Positions 1-9,134 of a stretch of DNA of 64,000 nt are shown in pieces. The notes under the pieces were generated by a model. It ran no database searches, was not told the origin of the DNA, and saw nothing but the letters and a program-made list of their open reading frames with translations. The position numbers and the translations under genes are program-made. The stretch lies in contig VBAX01000049.1 in assembly GCA_005883075.1 (NCBI GenBank), positions 7,064-71,063 on the forward strand, read 5' to 3'. Source of the DNA: Candidatus Bathyarchaeota archaeon (GTDB taxonomy: Archaea; Thermoproteota; Bathyarchaeia; 40CM-2-53-6). Numbering within the stretch: position 1 is the stretch's first letter; each line of letters begins with the position of its first letter.

Positions 1-627
1 TCTCGTAAGTCGCTTCTCCAAGGCCTGCTTCTCCTCGGGAAGCAAGTCTCGGGCAACATAGATGTCGATCGTCTGATGCTCCCGTTCGGCAAGTTGTTTC
101 AATCGAGTGTCTAAATAGCCTACGGCAGAGCGGAAGAAGTTGTGAGGAAGGTCTGGAAGCTCAACGTCAACGAGCGTAGTCGGATCCGCTCTGGCGCGCA
201 GCATTTCATAGAGCTCAGGAATATCAGGTATCTCGATCTTCAAGCGCTCATGATGAAATTCCTCGATGTTAAAGTCCATTCGTCCCCATCTCTGCCTCTT
301 CCATAGTCTTTGGTGATCGTAAGGCGAGAGGCCGCTACCAAAATCAGCGTATTCTAGTGTCACCTTCACGTTTTCCAGATATTCTGAACGTACGACCCTT
401 CCCTGGTGAACGTACCGGGCGGTCCCTGCAACGTCGGGGGATTTCCCGACATTGTCAATCGGTGCGATATTGTCTGTTATTTGATAAATGGCAACTTGGT
501 CGTTTGAGGGACTTGGGTAGCTGAGGAATCGTCGAACGGCGTTCTTCTGGTCTTCGAAGATTGCCGGGTCGGCGAAGAGGCGCTTGAATCGCAGCCGGAC
601 CCTGTAGAAATCGGCTTCAACTACCAT
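1..627 (-). CDS. hypothetical protein (C-terminal part runs off the window start)
   Basis: Minus-strand frame is open from ATG at 627..625 to the window edge. It is edge-truncated, so it is absent from the supplied track. Hand translation starts MVVEADFYRVRLRFKRLFADPAIFEDQKNAV. No family recognised. Confidence 0.5.
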   Translation of the reverse strand, partial: MVVEADFYRVRLRFKRLFADPAIFEDQKNAVRRFLSYPSPSNDQVAIYQITDNIAPIDNVGKSPDVAGTARYVHQGRVVRSEYLENVKVTLEYADFGSGLSPYDHQRLWKRQRWGRMDFNIEEFHHERLKIEIPDIPELYEMLRARADPTTLVDVELPDLPHNFFRSAVGYLDTRLKQLAEREHQTIDIYVARDLLPEEKQALEKRLTR

Positions 628-711
628 GAGGCCACCATCTCGCCGTTTCTCACCCTGGAGACTCACCCTATGCTTGCATATTCTTTAACTGATTCCAGCC
701 GGACCGTTTAG

Positions 712-1344
712 ATGTCCATGTCCCGCAAAGTACGAGATTACTTCGAACTCGTCTCTCCTCGGTGGGACATGGTGAGAAAGAGCTTCTACGGCGAGGAGGT
801 CCGGGAAGCTGTTCTGAACGCCGTTCATGTCAGCCCCAGCGATACAGTTCTAGACGTGGGCGCTGGAACAGGATTTCTAACAGAAGCGGCTGCGAAGATT
901 GCCGTGAAAGTCATCGCTCTCGATTTCTCCAGAGGGATGAGTGAAGAAGCGATTGCGAAGATGGGCAGAGGGAATGTGGAATTTCGAATCGGAAACGCTG
1001 AGAGTATGCCATTCCAGGACTCGTCGGTAGATGCAGTAGTTGCAAATATGGTCCTACACCACTGTCCTCATCCAGAGATTGCGATCTCGGAAATGTCTAG
1101 GGTGCTCAACACAGGCGGAAGAATCGCGATCTCGGACTTGCAGGAGCATAGCTACGAATGGTTGCGGAAGGAGCATGCGGACTTGTGGCTTGGGTTCAAG
1201 ATGGAAAATGTCGCCACGATGATGAAGGAAAGTGGATTAGACAACGTGAAGACCGGAACGTTGTCGTCCTGTTGTTCCAGCATGCAGGAAGGTCAGCGAG
1301 TCAAGATCCCAATGTTCCTAGCGTCGGCTCTGAAACTGGACTGA
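712..1344 (+). CDS. class I SAM-dependent methyltransferase
   Basis: 210-aa ORF with SAM-binding motif I VLDVGAGTGFLTE, followed by VIALDFS and VVANMVLHH, as in UbiE/ArsM-like methyltransferases. Confidence 0.85.
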   Translation: MSMSRKVRDYFELVSPRWDMVRKSFYGEEVREAVLNAVHVSPSDTVLDVGAGTGFLTEAAAKIAVKVIALDFSRGMSEEAIAKMGRGNVEFRIGNAESMPFQDSSVDAVVANMVLHHCPHPEIAISEMSRVLNTGGRIAISDLQEHSYEWLRKEHADLWLGFKMENVATMMKESGLDNVKTGTLSSCCSSMQEGQRVKIPMFLASALKLD

Positions 1345-1378
1345 AGAGAACGGAAATTTGCTGTTTGCAGAACGTGGG

Positions 1379-1777
1379 CTACGGGGTCAGTCCGCGTCTA
1401 TTGGTCAGCGCTTTCGGAGAGTGTGTTAGGGGCTTAAACCGGTTCTTCTCGTCGACAAAGACAATTTTCGGATTCCAGTGTTCGGCCTCTTTCTCGTTCA
1501 TCGATACGAAGGCTGTGATGATGATCTCGTCTCCCGGCTGTACTTTTCGTGCGGCTGCACCGTTGAGGGCGATGATTCCGGTTCGCTTCTCTGCGGGGAG
1601 GGCGTATGTGGAGAACCTGTCACCGGTGGTGATGCTCCAGATGTCTACTTTCTCGAAGGGAAGAATTCCAGCCGCTTCCATTAGAGATGAGTCTATCTCG
1701 ATGCTTCCCTCGTAGTTCAGGTCGGCACCTGTGACTCTGGCTCTGTGAATCTTGCCCTTGAGCATTCTCAGCTGCAA
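1379..1777 (-). CDS. panD: aspartate 1-decarboxylase (pyruvoyl-dependent)
   Basis: 132-aa ORF matches bacterial PanD along its length: MLKGKIHRARVT, self-cleavage site LNYEG|SIEID, RFSTYA, LNGAAAR. Confidence 0.9.
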   Translation of the reverse strand: MQLRMLKGKIHRARVTGADLNYEGSIEIDSSLMEAAGILPFEKVDIWSITTGDRFSTYALPAEKRTGIIALNGAAARKVQPGDEIIITAFVSMNEKEAEHWNPKIVFVDEKNRFKPLTHSPKALTNRRGLTP

Positions 1778-1938
1778 TCTTGCCGTTTCCTCTGCTTTTC
1801 CTACTAAGATGCCTGTGACTCGCTAGATTTGAACCGGGGCTACTGTCTCTCTAGAGAACTAAAGAGAAACACGTGTGTGGACTCGACTTAGTACTCTCAT
1901 TAAGTATAGATGGCTAAATTGAGAGGAGAGCTGGGGCG

Positions 1939-2526
1939 ATGAAGAAGTCGTTGGACCCGGCGGATACCATCCTTCGAGAAATTGAGGCGATCGGTAAACG
2001 CTCGTTTATCCCCTCCATTGGCCCCGTGAAGGGAAAGATCCTCGCGGAGATCTTGAAAGAGACAAGACCGAAACGAATTCTAGAGGTCGGAGCTCTTTAC
2101 GGATATTCCGCCATACTGATGGCCAAGAACTCACCCCCTAAAACTGAGATCATCTCGGTCGAGAAGAACCCTGAACATGTACGTATAGCCATGGAGAACA
2201 TCAGACGTGCCAACATGGAAGGGAGGATCAGGGTGGTTGAGGGAGATGGAAGGACAGAACTAGGGAAGCTCTCGGGAATCTTCGATCTAATCTTCTTGGA
2301 CGCTGAGAAGACACAATACTTCGCATATCTGAAGGCTGTAGAAAAGAATCTTCACAAGGGCAGCGTCATCGTCGCAGACAACGTGGGCATATTCAAGGAC
2401 CAGATGCAAGACTATCTAGAATATGTTAGAAAAAAGGGTCCCTACAAGAGCAGGACACTGGAAACCCTCTTGGAATTCTCAGACAGTACGAAAGACGCTA
2501 TGGAGATAAGCGAGAAACTAGCCTAG
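1939..2526 (+). CDS. O-methyltransferase, catechol-OMT-like (family 3)
   Basis: 195-aa ORF with ILEVGALYGYSAILMA (SAM motif), DLIFLDAEKTQY and VIVADNV. Confidence 0.8.
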   Translation: MKKSLDPADTILREIEAIGKRSFIPSIGPVKGKILAEILKETRPKRILEVGALYGYSAILMAKNSPPKTEIISVEKNPEHVRIAMENIRRANMEGRIRVVEGDGRTELGKLSGIFDLIFLDAEKTQYFAYLKAVEKNLHKGSVIVADNVGIFKDQMQDYLEYVRKKGPYKSRTLETLLEFSDSTKDAMEISEKLA

Positions 2527-2806
2527 AGGACCAGGAATTGGTGAGGAGCTAACGGGATTCCTCTTCTCATTCAGCTGGGCGTTATTCATCGTATTTGAAA
2601 AAGTGACCTTGCGGATGCCATGGCCACTCAAACATTTTCTGATCGGACAGTTCCCGGGCGAGTTTGAAGCACAACGTCAAGTCATGACAGTTAGAAGCGA
2701 AAAAGCGTCAAGATGAACGAGTTAGATCCTCAAGGACCCCATCTGCTAATCGGAGCTGATCGTCTCGATAGAAAGCAATAAGTCATTTCACTTGCGGTGG
2801 TAGCGC

Positions 2807-3997
2807 GTGAAGCTCGACAAATCCCCGATCAGGATGGAGTTTCTTAGGAAGAAGCTGAAGTGGATTCAGCAGGCGATGAGAGAGGAGGAGGTAGACATCT
2901 GGATCACTTTTACACGGGAGGGAAACGAGGATCCGCTTGCTCAGGATCTGAGGTTTGGCGATCTAACCTGGCGTTCCGCTGCAATTATCGACCACGATGG
3001 AACGAAGACAGCAGTTGTGGGCAGTCTAGAAGTCGAAACGATCAAGCAGAACAAGTTCTACGACGATGTCGTCGGGTACGCGAGCGAGGGCGCGGCTCCC
3101 AAGTTGAAACAGATCATCGCGAAAAGAAAGCCGAAGACCATTGCAATCAACACAAGTTACGACGAGGGTGCCGCAGACGGTCTAACGAGCGGAATGGAGA
3201 TGTATCTCAAACGGGCTCTGAAGGGATATTCCAAACGGTTCGTTTCTGGGGAGGACTTGGCTATTGCTCTTCGTGCGAGGCTCGTCCCGGAAGAAGTTGA
3301 ACTGGTAAAGAAGGCGATTGTCGAATGCGAAAAAATCTACGATGAAGTTGAGGATGCTATTAAACCCGGTAAGAAGGACAAGTATGTTCACCAGTTCGCT
3401 CACAAGCTTGTCGCTGAAAAGGGTCTATCGACAGCGTGGGCTTATGACCGCTGTCCCTCTGTGAATGTTGCCGGCAATCCCATGGGACACATAGGCTACC
3501 ACAACACAACCATCAGGAACGGTGATTTTGTCAAGCTAGACTTCGGAGTCAACTATGAAGGCTACTGCAGCGACATCCAACGAGTCTATTTCGTTGGGCC
3601 CGGAAACATTCCGAACTCGGTGAAGCGGATGTTCGAGACCGCAAGGGCTGCAAACGATGCCGCTCTCGTGACACTAAAGCCGGGAACGATAGGATACAAA
3701 GTCGATGGCGCTGGCAGAAAAGTAATCGTCAAGAGAGGCTATCCCGAATACAAGCATGCCCTGGGACATGTTCTGGGCCGGAGTACCCATGAGATCGGCC
3801 CTCTCCTAGGTCCAAGGTGGCCGAATAGATACGGCAAAAAGGTGGAGAAGCCGGTTCAGAAAGACATGGTCTTCACGATCGAACCCTCAGTCACAAGCAA
3901 GCTTGGAACGTGCAATCTGGAGCAAGATGTCTTGGTTACAGCGAACGGCTACGAACAACTCTCTAAGCCACAGGAAGAGATAATCAGGGTGGGATAA
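2807..3997 (+). CDS. M24 family metallopeptidase (Xaa-Pro aminopeptidase/creatinase-like)
   Basis: 396-aa ORF with GTG start. Pita-bread fold ligand pattern: DFGVNYEGYCSDIQR, HALGHVLGRSTHE, FTIEPS, LEQDV. Confidence 0.85.
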   Translation: MKLDKSPIRMEFLRKKLKWIQQAMREEEVDIWITFTREGNEDPLAQDLRFGDLTWRSAAIIDHDGTKTAVVGSLEVETIKQNKFYDDVVGYASEGAAPKLKQIIAKRKPKTIAINTSYDEGAADGLTSGMEMYLKRALKGYSKRFVSGEDLAIALRARLVPEEVELVKKAIVECEKIYDEVEDAIKPGKKDKYVHQFAHKLVAEKGLSTAWAYDRCPSVNVAGNPMGHIGYHNTTIRNGDFVKLDFGVNYEGYCSDIQRVYFVGPGNIPNSVKRMFETARAANDAALVTLKPGTIGYKVDGAGRKVIVKRGYPEYKHALGHVLGRSTHEIGPLLGPRWPNRYGKKVEKPVQKDMVFTIEPSVTSKLGTCNLEQDVLVTANGYEQLSKPQEEIIRVG

Positions 3998-4018
3998 CAC
4001 TCGGAACCGACCAAGACA

Positions 4019-4177
4019 TTGGAACAGACGACTCACACGTGTCCAGTCTGCGGGACTACGGGACCCTGCACTCGTTCGTCAGGGGAAACAGACGAGTTTA
4101 GGTATCACAACTGCCACGTTTGCGGGTCCACCTGGAAAGAACAGAAAAGCATCTCCAAACCAAACCCCGACAAGTAG
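4019..4177 (+). CDS. possible small zinc-ribbon protein (52 aa, TTG start)
   Basis: Hand-translated frame gives ..HTCPVCGTTGPCTRSSGETDEFRYHNCHVCGSTWKEQKSISKPNPDK*, with two CxxC pairs. It is too short for the track, and the start codon is uncertain. Confidence 0.3.
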   Translation: MEQTTHTCPVCGTTGPCTRSSGETDEFRYHNCHVCGSTWKEQKSISKPNPDK

Positions 4178-4268
4178 CGATTGCCTTTTCGTTCCCTTAC
4201 GCTTCGCTCTGGGCGTAGCCCGGACCCTGGCCTATCACCAAGAAGAAGCTCGCGTTCCGGACTCCTTT

Positions 4269-4347
4269 CCGTAACTTTCCCTCCAAAAATAAGCATGCTT
4301 TTTTCGACCCCCAGGGGGGTCGTTTTTCCCGCGCCCCACCCTTCGTG
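4269..4347 (-). repeat. dispersed intergenic repeat family 1, copy A (inverted relative to copy B)
   Basis: The minus strand reads CACGAAGGGTGGGGCGCGGGAAAAACGACCCCCCTGGGGGTCGAAAAAAGCATGC..GGGAAAGTTACGG. It aligns with 15799..15876. The core GAAGGG(T/C)GGGGCGCGGGAAAA(A/T)CGACC has 2 mismatches in 27 nt. It contains the palindrome CGACCCCC/GGGGGTCG. Confidence 0.6.
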
Positions 4348-4402
4348 AAAACAGCGGATCCGAAGGGTCGGATGGCAATCGCGCGCGACACCGTGGACCC
4401 GT

Positions 4403-5515
4403 TCACTCCTTGTCTCTAAGCGCCCGAAGGGCGTTCAGGGTCACCCAGGGATTAGCCTTTCCCACCTCGCCTATGCTTGAGTAAATGCTCGGAACCTCCA
4501 CTACCTTTCCCGTACTCTTGTAGATGTTCGAAAGTTCAATGCCTTCCTCCCTCACTGAGTGCCATTGTCCCGTCTTCTCATCTTTCACGAAATTCCGTCG
4601 CAGGGATCGAAGGTATGTCGCTTCCATCGGCCAGGTCCCGTCCGGCAGCCGTTTCGACAGCAACAAGTCCCGAGCATCCTTGGTCCTCTCATCTCCGCCA
4701 TACCCCAGCGCCGTTACAACCCTCAGGCCATGAAGGATATCGTAGAAGTAGAAGAGTGGAAAATGTAGCTGCGTCCACTCCTGCCGAATCACCTTGCCAG
4801 ACTTATCGCTCTTGAACAAGCGATGCATCAACAGAAACTCCACTCCTCTCTCGACCGCTTCGCGCCCACCACGCGGCCACTTCTGAGGCTCCAGGGAAGA
4901 AAACGCCCACAATGGCTCAATAGTCGACATGAACGAGCTATGATGAACTGCCTCACCCTCTCTCGAATCCTCAGTCTCGCAGTTCCATCCCCCATCATCC
5001 CGCTGGTACTTCACAAGCCATTCAAACATCTCTCGCACACGGGGATCATTCTCAAACCCGAACTCGGCAAGCGTCCGTGCCATGTTGCCGGTTACACATG
5101 GCTCCCAGACCAAACGCCATCCGCGCAAATCCTCTTCAGGATACTTCGGCGGGGGCCATGAGCGATCCTGCCCATCCATAACTCGCAGAAAATACTCCGC
5201 CCCTCTCTTGACCGAGGGATTCGTCCGCGGAGCTCCCAATTCAGCTAGTAATATCAGCGCCCAAACCGTCGCCTTCCACTTGGGCCAGTACACATCTTCT
5301 CCATCGCCCCAGTACCCGGCCGGGTGTTGCTCTCTCAGATACTCGGCTACCGGCCCCCAATATTCGATCCCGTTCAGAGCTGATACAACCTCGGCATCGC
5401 TCTGGGACCTTTCGAGAATATCCCTGAGGGTCCAATATCGAACACCTGGATTTTCACTCTTTAGGAGCCAGGCAACAGCCTGATCCCACTTTGCCACTTC
5501 GACAGTACTAGACAA
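4403..5515 (-). CDS. prenyltransferase/terpene-cyclase-like alpha/alpha-toroid repeat protein
   Basis: 370-aa ORF with repeated Trp/Gly-rich motifs (PAGYWGD, DDGGWNCE, LPDGTWPME) like the QW repeats of prenyltransferase/squalene-cyclase folds. Specific function unknown. Confidence 0.55.
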   Translation of the reverse strand: MSSTVEVAKWDQAVAWLLKSENPGVRYWTLRDILERSQSDAEVVSALNGIEYWGPVAEYLREQHPAGYWGDGEDVYWPKWKATVWALILLAELGAPRTNPSVKRGAEYFLRVMDGQDRSWPPPKYPEEDLRGWRLVWEPCVTGNMARTLAEFGFENDPRVREMFEWLVKYQRDDGGWNCETEDSREGEAVHHSSFMSTIEPLWAFSSLEPQKWPRGGREAVERGVEFLLMHRLFKSDKSGKVIRQEWTQLHFPLFYFYDILHGLRVVTALGYGGDERTKDARDLLLSKRLPDGTWPMEATYLRSLRRNFVKDEKTGQWHSVREEGIELSNIYKSTGKVVEVPSIYSSIGEVGKANPWVTLNALRALRDKE

Positions 5516-5632
5516 TACCTTGAAACTCCGCCAGGGGAACGGTTAGCATCCCGCCAATAAAAGCGAACCCTACAGAATCTATTTGGAACAAACCATACGA
5601 TCCAGAACTAGCCCATTGAGATAGAAGGGGTG

Positions 5633-6580
5633 TTAAGCCGAGTATTTCTGGTAGAACTCTTCAAGCTCCTTTCGGGTCGGGCTTCCTCTAGTTTCTGGCC
5701 TCCCAGCCTTAAGGGCTGCTGCCATGTTCCCATGCTTAAGCGCGTCGATGTCAGTTAGGCCCAGTACCTTGTAGGCTGCGAACGCTCCGACAAACGCGTC
5801 TCCACAACCAGTCGTGTTCACTATCTTCCGCCCCAATTTCGCCAAGTCAACACTCTTCATCTTCAACTGCTTCGCCTGATCATGAAACGCGAAGCCCTTA
5901 CTCCCCAGCGTAACGAGAGTTTTCATCTTTGGCGCGACCTTGTTGAAGGCGGCCACAGATTCTGCTAGACTACGCGCACCTGCGAACGCCAGCGCCTCAT
6001 GTTCATTCAAGACTAGGTAATCCAGACCCTCCATTTCTCCACTGAACTCCTCCAGTCCGAATCGTGTCAAAACACCCGGATGCCAGAGAACGGATCGTCG
6101 GAGACGGCGCCCTTCCGACAATATTCTCCCAGCGACGTGGCGTGGTGGGTCAATGACGACCATCATACGGCAGTTTCCGAAGAGGTTCTGGATCTCTGGG
6201 AGCATGATGTGGTCTCGTTTAAGCCCAGCATTCGCGCCGAAATGCGTCTCAATATTGTTCTTTCCCTTCTCATCAATTGTAATGTAGGCCTGGCCAGACT
6301 CGAGCTTGATCAGCGTCTGGACCGCGGAAACGTCCACTCCTTCCTCTTTGAGAATCGACAGTTGTTTCCTGCCGATCTCATCCTTCCCCACACAGGCCAG
6401 CAAGGCCACTTTTCTCTGTCCGAGAATCCGGGACGCTGCGACCGAAACATTCCCGCCTTTTCCGCCAGGAACCCGGTCGACCTTTTCTACAACAACCTCT
6501 TCCCCTGGGCGCGGAAGTCGTTTGACGAAGAGGTTGATGTCCCAGTTGAGGGCGCCTGTCACAACTAGGTCTAGCGGCAA
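5633..6580 (-). CDS. PfkB/ribokinase family sugar kinase
   Basis: 315-aa ORF with N-terminal GGKGGNVSVAASRILG and C-terminal NTTGCGDAFVGAFA, the PfkB signatures. It lies adjacent to prs. Confidence 0.85.
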   Translation of the reverse strand: MPLDLVVTGALNWDINLFVKRLPRPGEEVVVEKVDRVPGGKGGNVSVAASRILGQRKVALLACVGKDEIGRKQLSILKEEGVDVSAVQTLIKLESGQAYITIDEKGKNNIETHFGANAGLKRDHIMLPEIQNLFGNCRMMVVIDPPRHVAGRILSEGRRLRRSVLWHPGVLTRFGLEEFSGEMEGLDYLVLNEHEALAFAGARSLAESVAAFNKVAPKMKTLVTLGSKGFAFHDQAKQLKMKSVDLAKLGRKIVNTTGCGDAFVGAFAAYKVLGLTDIDALKHGNMAAALKAGRPETRGSPTRKELEEFYQKYSA

Positions 6581-6642
6581 ACTAAACCCGCCCCCGAGTT
6601 AGACCGGTCAACGTTGCATCTTCGGAATTGAAATTCGCTTTT

Positions 6643-7539
6643 TTAGCTCTTCAATGCAGCAGCTATGACTGGAGCGACGGTCACCTTGCTGATTGGACCG
6701 GGATAAGTGTCTGTTCCGATCACTTTCAGTACTCCAGCGGCTTTGATCCGTTTCAGTGCCCCCTCAGCGAGGACAGGGTGGGTGCAGACTACAAAAATGC
6801 GATTTGCGCCTCCCTTCTTGCAGGCTTTCGCAGCTTCTGCGATAGTTCCGCCTGTGCTGACGATGTCGTCGGCGAAGACCACATCTCGTCCTTTCACCTC
6901 AATGTCACCAGCGTCAACCTCAACCTTGGACGAGGTCATGCCCTCTTTTCGGACTCGTACCTTACGAAACGCCACATGCTCCGTGTCCAGTTCTTTTGCC
7001 ACCACGCTAGCCCACTGCTCTGCTTCCTCGTCAGGACCGATTACGATCGGGTTGCGTGGTTTGAAGTGTTCTCGAGCGTATTTTCCCAATTCATGCATCG
7101 CGGTGAGGTTGCGAGCGGGGATCTTGAACACTTTGGCGACGTCTCCGAGTCTGTGAAGGTGACAGTCGATTGTTAGGAACGAGGTTGTCCCAGCGTACTC
7201 GAGGAGTCGGGCTACGGATGCGGAGCTAACCGCTTCTCCTGGAAAGAAACGTGAGTCCTGTCTTGCATACGCGAGATAGGGTGCTACGGCTGTAATGGAG
7301 CGGGCTCCGAGGTCCCTGAGCGTATCATTCAGCAATAGAAGTTCGAAGATGTTCTCGTCAGGGGTTCGATAAAGTGATTGAATTGCCACCACGTCTTGGT
7401 CTTTGACCTCATTGTAGATTCGAAGGTATTTTTCGCCATCGGGAAAACGCTTTACCTCTAGGTGGCCAGGTTCCTGGCCGAGTTCTTTCGCGACCTTCTC
7501 TGCGAGTGGTTGGCTGGCGGAGCCACCTAGTATGAGCAT
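6643..7539 (-). CDS. prs: ribose-phosphate pyrophosphokinase (PRPP synthetase)
   Basis: 298-aa ORF with MLILGGSASQPLAEKVAKELG at the N-terminus and the PRPP-binding loop VVFADDIVSTGGTIAEAA. Confidence 0.9.
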   Translation of the reverse strand: MLILGGSASQPLAEKVAKELGQEPGHLEVKRFPDGEKYLRIYNEVKDQDVVAIQSLYRTPDENIFELLLLNDTLRDLGARSITAVAPYLAYARQDSRFFPGEAVSSASVARLLEYAGTTSFLTIDCHLHRLGDVAKVFKIPARNLTAMHELGKYAREHFKPRNPIVIGPDEEAEQWASVVAKELDTEHVAFRKVRVRKEGMTSSKVEVDAGDIEVKGRDVVFADDIVSTGGTIAEAAKACKKGGANRIFVVCTHPVLAEGALKRIKAAGVLKVIGTDTYPGPISKVTVAPVIAAALKS

Positions 7540-7626
7540 GGGAGAACGAGACTGACGACGCGGTGGTAATAAAACTGAGCGCTGTAGCCGTGAATATTAT
7601 AACCGCCAATTCGTTCTTCCAGTCAA

Positions 7627-8277
7627 ATGTCTCTACTCGGAAAATCGGGCCTCGACACGACGTCATGGGCCAAGAGCCTATGGTCCTCATCCCGCATCGC
7701 ACTGACCTGTGTCATTGGAATCATACTTGCGTGGCTGGTTCTACGAGTTGTCGCGCCCTCTGCGGACGGCAACATTGTCACAGCCCTATACAATACCACG
7801 TCAAGTAACATCTCCCTTCTCATCATCTACGGGATAGCAACGGTGGGCGATCTCATCTGGGCCCCACTTGTCTTCTGGCTCTACGTCTTCCGCAAAGACC
7901 GCAACGAATGGACCAGCTCGCTGATATTCGCCGTTGCGATAGTGACTGCAATGGCACTGACGGACGGGTTGAAAGCGGCTTTCAACCTTCCAAGACCGTT
8001 CCAGGTGCCTTCGCTCGGAATAGTGGCCCGTGGTGAAGTCCCCACCAATCCCGCATTCCCTTCAGGACATACGACAAACGCCTTTACAGTCGCCACAGTG
8101 ATATGGTCCAGGTATCCTGTTTGGCGAATTCCATTCACGCTTCTCGCGGTCGCTACCGGAGTCTCGATGATCATTCTGGGATTGCACTTTCCGAGTGATG
8201 TTATCGGTGGTGCTTTTCTAGGAGTCTTCTGCGGAACATTCGTTCTGGGCTTGGCCAAACTCCGGTCTAGCAAGTGA
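7627..8277 (+). CDS. PAP2 superfamily membrane phosphatase
   Basis: 216-aa multi-TM ORF with the three PAP2 motifs: KAAFNLPRP, PSGHT, LGLHFPSDV. Confidence 0.85.
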   Translation: MSLLGKSGLDTTSWAKSLWSSSRIALTCVIGIILAWLVLRVVAPSADGNIVTALYNTTSSNISLLIIYGIATVGDLIWAPLVFWLYVFRKDRNEWTSSLIFAVAIVTAMALTDGLKAAFNLPRPFQVPSLGIVARGEVPTNPAFPSGHTTNAFTVATVIWSRYPVWRIPFTLLAVATGVSMIILGLHFPSDVIGGAFLGVFCGTFVLGLAKLRSSK

Positions 8278-9134
8278 CGTTGTCACTTCCGGATAATGGT
8301 TCAAGTTACATGGCCCCTTTCGAACCAGAGTGCTTGTCTGCTGGACAAGGAGAACGGCGACCGTTGAAGTCATCCCCGGCGGATCACAGAGCGGAAGCGG
8401 TGCAGCCAACAGGCATCCCGATTCTCGACAAGGTCAGCGGAGGGGGAATCCCTCGACCCTCCAGCGTTGCGCTGATAGGTCCGATAGGAAGCGGGAAATC
8501 CGCTCTCGTCCGTGAGCTAGTGGCAAATTTTCTGCGACAGGGATGTCAACTTCTCTACTACTGCATTGATGATCCAGCCGATGTAGTCAAGTTAGGTCTT
8601 GAGGATCATCATATTGCGGTAACGAAGATCGAAGAGGAAGGGCGTCTAGAGTTTGTCGACATGTTCTCACTTGGGGCTCAGAAGCTTGCCGAGTCGCTTC
8701 CCAAAATGGACCCGGGTGATATCTTGGAGGAGACACTGAGGTTTCAAGACCTCCTCGCCTACGGGAGAAGCTTTGCCATGAAGCCGAGCGTTGGTCCCAA
8801 GGTGATCGTGATGGACTCAATCACGCCATTTTTCCTGCTGGCGGAGGCGAGGCGTGTCTACCAGTATGTTCAGGTAATGCGTTTTGCAACACAGATAGCG
8901 CGAGCGGTAACGATCTCAGTCTTGCACACCGAGGTTGTGGATGTGAACGTGGAAAACGCGACAGCTAACCTTGCGGATGGTGTAATCGAAATGAAGAAGC
9001 GACAGGGCGAGGTCTTGTTGAAGGGTGGAACGTTGAAGGTGTTGAGAGTCGGACGCAATCCAACCCCTTCAAGGGGATACTTCTACCAGATCACGCAACA
9101 GGGAATAGTGTTCTCCAACACGCCAATGTTCTGA
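8274..9134 (+). CDS. KaiC/RecA-superfamily ATPase
   Basis: 286-aa ORF with GIPILDKVSGGGIPRPSSVALIGPIGSGKSALV (Walker A) and VIVMDSITPF (Walker B-like). The start may be internal. It overlaps the PAP2 stop by 4 nt. Confidence 0.75.
   Translation: MTLSLPDNGSSYMAPFEPECLSAGQGERRPLKSSPADHRAEAVQPTGIPILDKVSGGGIPRPSSVALIGPIGSGKSALVRELVANFLRQGCQLLYYCIDDPADVVKLGLEDHHIAVTKIEEEGRLEFVDMFSLGAQKLAESLPKMDPGDILEETLRFQDLLAYGRSFAMKPSVGPKVIVMDSITPFFLLAEARRVYQYVQVMRFATQIARAVTISVLHTEVVDVNVENATANLADGVIEMKKRQGEVLLKGGTLKVLRVGRNPTPSRGYFYQITQQGIVFSNTPMF

Noticed and set aside
4178-4402. The idea that the 225-nt gap containing repeat copy A is RNase P RNA or SRP RNA. GGAGGGAAAGTTACGG and GCGTAAGGGAACGAAAAGG loosely recall the CR-I and J11/12-like strings.
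   Set aside because: The universally conserved RNase P blocks (GAGGAAAGUCC, ACAGAA..GGCUUA) and the SRP helix-8 motif are absent. The available length is also too short. It is kept only as a repeat.
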